Source: Polyangiales bacterium
GTDB taxonomy: Bacteria; Myxococcota_A; Polyangia; Polyangiales; Polyangiaceae
NCBI GenBank assembly: GCA_038230375.1
Contig: JBBRNJ010000001.1
Span: 160,001 to 224,000 of the forward strand
Length of the DNA: 64,000 bases
Direction: 5' to 3'
The translations under genes were made by a program, and so were the position numbers. This document shows, in pieces, positions 60,039-64,000 of the stretch (position 1 is the stretch's first letter; the number at the start of each line of letters is the position of its first letter). The notes beneath the pieces are model-generated. The model was not told where the DNA came from. It saw nothing but the letters and a program-made list of their open reading frames with translations, and did not search any database.

Positions 60039-60647
60039 ATGGCCTCGTTCTGGGAGTGGGTGGGCGAGAAGGTGGGCTACGGTCTGGCCGCAGTCGTCCT
60101 TGGTCCCGGCGCGCTGGTGGAGCGAAAGGCGAGGCGTGAGTCGAGGCGCGCGATGTTGCGGTTCGTCGCGGAGCGCGGGCCCATCGTGTTCGAATCTCCG
60201 GCGCGGGACACGTTGCGCCGCGGAGGAAGGCTCATGGTCTGTGGCGAGCCGCTCGACATCGAGCTCACCCTCGATCTGCGTGCACGGAAGGCGACGATGA
60301 GCACCGCCATCGAGTCGTTGCCAAAAGCGTTCGGCGCGCGGGTGAGCAGCGGGCTCGGAGAGCTCCACGGCCTGCGCTACCGATTGCCAGAGCCCAGAGC
60401 GATCTCGGGGACCATCCGCGTCGACTCCGAGGACATCGACGCCAACGCAGCAAACGAGCTCCTCCAGCAGGTGACGAAGAGCCCGCTCGGCCAGTGCCCT
60501 GTCTTCGAGCTGACTCTGCAGGAGGGTCGGCTGCAGCTCCTGGTCGTAGCACCGCGGACCGAGCTGGAATGGACCGGGCTCGGCATCACCGTCATCGCGC
60601 TCTCGACGTGGAGCACGTCGAAGTGGCGCGCGTCCTACCGCGGCTGA
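60039..60647 (+). CDS. Hypothetical protein
   Basis: ATG 60039, N-terminal hydrophobic segment, GC3 bias. Confidence 0.55.
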   Translation: MASFWEWVGEKVGYGLAAVVLGPGALVERKARRESRRAMLRFVAERGPIVFESPARDTLRRGGRLMVCGEPLDIELTLDLRARKATMSTAIESLPKAFGARVSSGLGELHGLRYRLPEPRAISGTIRVDSEDIDANAANELLQQVTKSPLGQCPVFELTLQEGRLQLLVVAPRTELEWTGLGITVIALSTWSTSKWRASYRG

Positions 60648-60686
60648 CACCACGGCTTCCAGGTCGGCTAACATCTCGCCGGCGAC

Positions 60687-61181
60687 ATGCCGCTAGAACG
60701 CGCGTTTTTGGACGACTGCCCGTACCTCGAAGAAGGGCTCCTCATCGACGAGATCCTGGAGATCCGCAAGGACGACGGGTTCGTCTCCGTGTCGATGCCC
60801 ACGCATGCGGACCTGCCGATCACGCGTACGCAACGCGCGCACCCCGTCCGGCACCCGCGGCATGTCTCTGGCGGGCTCATGGTGCACATGACCGGGATGG
60901 TCGCGTTCGTGCACGCGTACTACGTGCTCGGGCTCCGTCATGCAGATGGCTGGGTCGGGTATGGTGCGCGCATCTCGAGCGCGCGCTTCCATGCGCTCGC
61001 ACGGCCCGGCGATCCGCTCACGCTCACGTGCAAGCCGACGCAGCTGCGACGCGGCGCGAAGACCGTGCTGGCGCGCTACGATTTTCGCTTCTTCCAGAAG
61101 GAGACGCTGGTCTACCAGGGCGACCAGACCGCGCTGTGGACGCGCATCGAAGAGGGGGCGATGCCTCCCGAGGCGAGGTAG
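60687..61181 (+). CDS. Hotdog-fold protein (FabA/FabZ-like)
   Basis: PY…LLIDEI, HVSGGL, ARF…ARPGD pattern. Confidence 0.65.
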   Translation: MPLERAFLDDCPYLEEGLLIDEILEIRKDDGFVSVSMPTHADLPITRTQRAHPVRHPRHVSGGLMVHMTGMVAFVHAYYVLGLRHADGWVGYGARISSARFHALARPGDPLTLTCKPTQLRRGAKTVLARYDFRFFQKETLVYQGDQTALWTRIEEGAMPPEAR

Positions 61182-61196
61182 AATCGGACAGCAGCC

Positions 61197-62144
61197 GTGC
61201 CGCCGAAGAAGCCACAGACCATGCGCGAGGCCCTGCTCGCGGCTGCACGCGCCAAGGTGGGCACCATGCTCGAGGGCCGCTGGCAGCTCGACGACGTGAT
61301 CGCCATGGGCGGAATGGCCGCGGTGTTTGCCGCGAAGGATCGCGATGGTTCGCTCGTCGCGGTGAAGATGCTCCTTCCGCAGTTTGCTGCCGTGGGATCG
61401 ATCCGGAAGCGCTTCACGCGCGAGGCGTACGTGGCCAACACGATCGATCACCCGGGCGTCGTGACGATCCTGGCCGACGCGAAGGGTGACGATGGGTCCG
61501 TATTCTTGGTGATGGAGCTGCTGGGGGGCGAGTCCATGGAGACGCTGCTCCGCCGTTCGGGCGGCAGGTTGCCAGCGCCCGACGTGCTCGCGTTCGCGGA
61601 CCAGACGCTGTCCGTGCTGGAGGTCGCACACGCGAAGGGCATCATCCATCGCGACCTCAAGCCCACGAACCTGTTCATCACGCCGGAGGGCCAGATCAAG
61701 ATCCTGGATTTCGGGCTGGCGCGGCTCGACTCCGCCGGCGCAACACCGACAGCCGCAGGCCTGGTGCTGGGGACCACGGCGTACATGCCGCCCGAGCAAG
61801 CCATGGGCCTGCCCGATCAGATCGACGCGCGCAGCGACGTCTTCACGATGGGCGCGCTCATGTTCCGCACGCTCTCGGGCCGGTACATCCGCGAACAGAT
61901 GAAGGGCGACGATCGTCTGATGGCTGCGATGCTGGAGCCAGCGCCCACGCTGCACTCGGTGATGCCGGAGGCGCCCGCGCCGCTCGCCGCGCTCGTCGAT
62001 CGCGCGCTCGCGTTCTCGCGAAACGATCGCTTCGCGACGGCGGCAGACATGCGTGCCGGAGTCCTTGCAGTCTACGCCACGCTCTTCTCCGAGTTCGAGC
62101 CCGACAGCCCGCTCAGCACGCGAAGCTTCGGCCACGGCACCTGA
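61197..62144 (+). CDS. Serine/threonine protein kinase
   Basis: GGMAAVF, VAVK, HRDLKPTN, DFG, YMPPEQ. Confidence 0.95.
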   Translation: MPPKKPQTMREALLAAARAKVGTMLEGRWQLDDVIAMGGMAAVFAAKDRDGSLVAVKMLLPQFAAVGSIRKRFTREAYVANTIDHPGVVTILADAKGDDGSVFLVMELLGGESMETLLRRSGGRLPAPDVLAFADQTLSVLEVAHAKGIIHRDLKPTNLFITPEGQIKILDFGLARLDSAGATPTAAGLVLGTTAYMPPEQAMGLPDQIDARSDVFTMGALMFRTLSGRYIREQMKGDDRLMAAMLEPAPTLHSVMPEAPAPLAALVDRALAFSRNDRFATAADMRAGVLAVYATLFSEFEPDSPLSTRSFGHGT

Positions 62145-62237
62145 GACGACGGGAAACGGGGCCGCCAGACAACTATTGCGTTTGTCGCATCAATGCCGAC
62201 GCACCCGCCTACCGCGTTTGTTCGCGCACCTATTTTC

Positions 62238-62266
62238 TTGACCGATGGCCAAGGATCGCTCATAAC
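62238..62266 (+). promoter_or_regulatory. Sigma70-like promoter for the leader/tRNA array
   Basis: TTGACC-N17-CATAAC in a locally AT-rich region. Confidence 0.5.
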
Positions 62267-62355
62267 GTGAATCGAACGAGCGAGCGATACGTCTCTCGTT
62301 CGTCCAGAAACCGAGGCATCGCCCCAGCAACACGCTGGTCCGCTGTCACCCCAAC

Positions 62356-62616
62356 ATGATCACCTTGACCCTCATCCAAACAAACCAGCTCCAGAGCACC
62401 GAAGGCGCAAGCCTGCGGCCGATCTGTTTGCCGGCTTGCGTGCGGGCTTGGGTGCGGGCGCACGACTATAAAGGCGGCGCCATCGAAACGCGCCCAGTCT
62501 ATGGCGATCTGGGCTTTGGCGGCCAGGACTTCGGCGGCCAGGGCTCTGCAAATCAGGGCTTTGGAAATCAGGACAGCAACAAGCCCTCCGATCATGCGCC
62601 GGAGGTCACCCCCTAA
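62356..62616 (+). CDS. Putative leader peptide (86 aa) of an attenuator
   Basis: Short ORF with atypical codon use, ending ~50 nt before a terminator hairpin; contains copies of the terminator 3' arm. Confidence 0.4.
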   Translation: MITLTLIQTNQLQSTEGASLRPICLPACVRAWVRAHDYKGGAIETRPVYGDLGFGGQDFGGQGSANQGFGNQDSNKPSDHAPEVTP

Positions 62617-62667
62617 GCGGAGCTCTCAAAAGCACCCGCGGCCCACAAGGACCGTGCAGTGCGATGA

Positions 62668-62706
62668 AAGGCCGCCTCGGGATCCCGAAGGCGGCCTTCT
62701 TCGTTT
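62668..62706 (+). terminator. Intrinsic terminator / attenuator hairpin
   Basis: AAGGCCGCCT-CGG-GATC-CCG-A-AGGCGGCCTT followed by CTTCGTTT. Confidence 0.7.
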
Positions 62707-62901
62707 GTGGCCCTCTCTCCGTCCCTCACGCCTCAGGGCCCCCAGCAAGGCGCCCCTCCGACACGACACCGCGCGCAGCTCGGGACTCACAGCACCAACA
62801 CTCCACATACTTTTGCGTATTCAAACGCGGTAACAGGCCATGTCAAACGCACTACTTTCGCGCCGTCTGGCGCTATCGGGAGAGCTTTGTCCTTCGCAAT
62901 A

Positions 62902-62973
62902 GGGACGCTCGCTCAACAGAAAGGCACCGGGCTTTTAACCCGAGAGATGAGGGTGCAACTCCCTCGCGTCCCA
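62902..62973 (+). tRNA. tRNA-Lys(UUU), non-canonical
   Basis: GGGACGC/GCGTCCC acceptor; loop CT-TTT-AA; T-arm GAGGG-TGCAACT-CCCTC; no encoded CCA. Confidence 0.8.
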
Positions 62974-62981
62974 CTTACTTC

Positions 62982-63057
62982 GGGCTCGTCGCGTAACCAG
63001 CAGCGCACTCGGTTCTTAACCGATGAAGCGGGGGTGCAAATCCCTCCGAGCCCACCA
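62982..63057 (+). tRNA. tRNA-Lys(CUU), non-canonical
   Basis: GGGCTCG/CGAGCCC acceptor + ACCA; loop TT-CTT-AA; T-loop TGCAAAT. Confidence 0.8.
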
Positions 63058-63071
63058 GACGACCGCGATCG

Positions 63072-63177
63072 CGACGAACGACAACGACAACGACGACAAC
63101 GACAACGACAACGACAACGATAACGACGTGAACCTCGACCTCGACCTCGACCTCGACCTCGACCTCGACCTCGACCT
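63072..63177. repeat. Adjacent microsatellites (CGACAA)n and (CCTCGA)n in a tRNA spacer
   Basis: Directly visible. Confidence 0.9.
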
Positions 63178-63217
63178 TTGATTCCTCCCCAACCCTTGAA
63201 CCTCAACCTCCAACCAC

Positions 63218-63288
63218 TCCGGGATCGTCCAACAGGAGGACTCTGGTTTCTGAAACCAAGAATGCAGGTGCAAATCCTGCTCCCGGAG
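63218..63288 (+). tRNA. tRNA-Gln(CUG), non-canonical
   Basis: TCCGGGA/TCCCGGA acceptor (U1-A72, G73); GTCC/GGAC D-stem; loop TT-CTG-AA; T-loop TGCAAAT. Confidence 0.85.
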
Positions 63289-63453
63289 CGACGTGGCTCG
63301 TTCCACAAGCGCGAGTCTCATGTGTGCGCCCGCCTTGCGGGCACCTGTTCCCTGACAATCAGCGCCAATCATCGAAGCCACGCGTGTGTGGTTCGCAGCT
63401 CGTCGCCTCATGGGGCGAGTCCGCGCCAACGCACGCGTGGCCTCCAATCTTTT

Positions 63454-63525
63454 TCCAGCGTCGCTCAGTGGCAGAGCAATCGGCCGTTAACCGATCTGAC
63501 GAAGGTTCGATTCCTTCCGCTGGAG
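63454..63525 (+). tRNA. tRNA-Asn(GUU) with C33
   Basis: TCCAGCG/CGCTGGA acceptor, G73; GCTC/GAGC D-stem; ATCGG-CCGTTAA-CCGAT; T-loop TTCGATT. Confidence 0.88.
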
Positions 63526-63552
63526 CCGCGCAAGCGCGCGCATCGAAGTTCC

Positions 63553-63625
63553 GGATCGTGAGCTAGTCCAGTGATAGCGCCTGGCTGAAAACCGGGAGAA
63601 CGTGGTGCGACCCCACGACGATCCA
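63553..63625 (+). tRNA. tRNA-Phe(GAA), non-canonical
   Basis: GGATCGT/ACGATCC acceptor, A73; GCTA/TAGC D-stem; loop CT-GAA-AA; T-loop TGCGACC; G8. Confidence 0.8.
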
Positions 63626-63770
63626 CAAACGGCGGCGGCTTGAGCCGGGCTCATCCCGGGAGGCTTCGTTTCGACCTGCGCGCGGTGCTCACGGACAGGA
63701 GTCCGCTCCGCTCCGTGCTCGGTCGAAGCCTCGCCTTCCGGGCGATCCCGGCCCAATCCACCACCGTTTG
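63626..63770. other. Long imperfect hairpin in a tRNA spacer
   Basis: CAAACGG/CCGTTTG, GCCGGG/CCCGGC, CCCGGGAGGC/GCCTTCCGGG, TTCGACC/GGTCGAA, CACGGA/TCCGTG nested pairings. Confidence 0.6.
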
Positions 63771-63836
63771 CCGCGTTGCGCGGACTTGCGGCGTTGCCGC
63801 GCGTTTGCGGCGGACGGCCGTTGCAATGCCTCTCTT

Positions 63837-63909
63837 GGTGACGGTACTCGTCTGGCGACGAGGGTCGGTTGTGGACCGACGGAGGCGGGTTCGATCCCCG
63901 TCCGTCACC
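63837..63909 (+). tRNA. tRNA-His(GUG) with encoded G-1 and extendable 6-bp D-stem
   Basis: G-GTGACGG/CCGTCAC-C; CTCGTC-TGGC-GACGAG; GTCGG-TTGTGGA-CCGAC; T-loop TTCGATC. Confidence 0.85.
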
Positions 63910-63922
63910 CTGCTCTCTTCAT

Positions 63923-63998
63923 GCCTCGTGGTACGACCGGTGTCGTTCCTCCACTGTCTATGGAGGCCAGATGGGTTCGACCCCCATACGAGGCGCCA
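63923..63998 (+). tRNA. tRNA-Asp(GUC), non-canonical
   Basis: GCCTCGT/ACGAGGC + GCCA; ACGAC-CGGT-GTCGT D-arm; CCTCCA-CTGTCTA-TGGAGG (U37); T-loop TTCGACC. Confidence 0.82.
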
Positions 63999-64000
63999 CC

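Noticed and set aside
63626..63770. SRP (4.5S) or 6S RNA
   Set aside because: The conserved SRP domain IV motif and a 6S-type central bubble are not recognisable by eye.
63837..63998. tRNA-Sec or allo-tRNA identity for the long-D-stem tRNAs
   Set aside because: Anticodons are GUG and GUC, the acceptor/T stems are 7/5, and there is no long variable arm.

Overview
High-GC bacterial DNA, most likely from a myxobacterium of the Polyangiaceae/Labilithrix type. This is inferred from the many Cys-rich lipoproteins with acidic/Gly 'DAG' linkers, sigma54-type promoters, a Ser/Thr kinase and a TSP3-OmpA protein. About 55 CDSs are supportable. Recognisable ones include an MnmC-like methyltransferase, NUDIX hydrolase, AraC regulator, prolyl oligopeptidase, ArsH, a DUF4266/DUF3570/c-type cytochrome operon, two carbohydrate esterases, OmpA, CvfB, an ECF sigma/anti-sigma/DsbA/di-heme peroxidase-like cluster, Asd and a GcvT-family dehydrogenase. 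The most striking element is the last ~1.8 kb. There a sigma70-like promoter, a short leader ORF and a terminator hairpin (candidate attenuator) precede an array of at least seven non-canonical tRNA genes: Lys-UUU, Lys-CUU, Gln-CUG, Asn-GUU, Phe-GAA, His-GUG and Asp-GUC. These show a co-varying elbow change (D-loop AG with T-loop TGC) and the array reaches the window edge. Also seen: a reciprocally deleted duplication bracketing ~5.9 kb near the start, dispersed (CGACYT)n microsatellites and paired operator palindromes. All family assignments come from motif recognition by eye, not from database searches.
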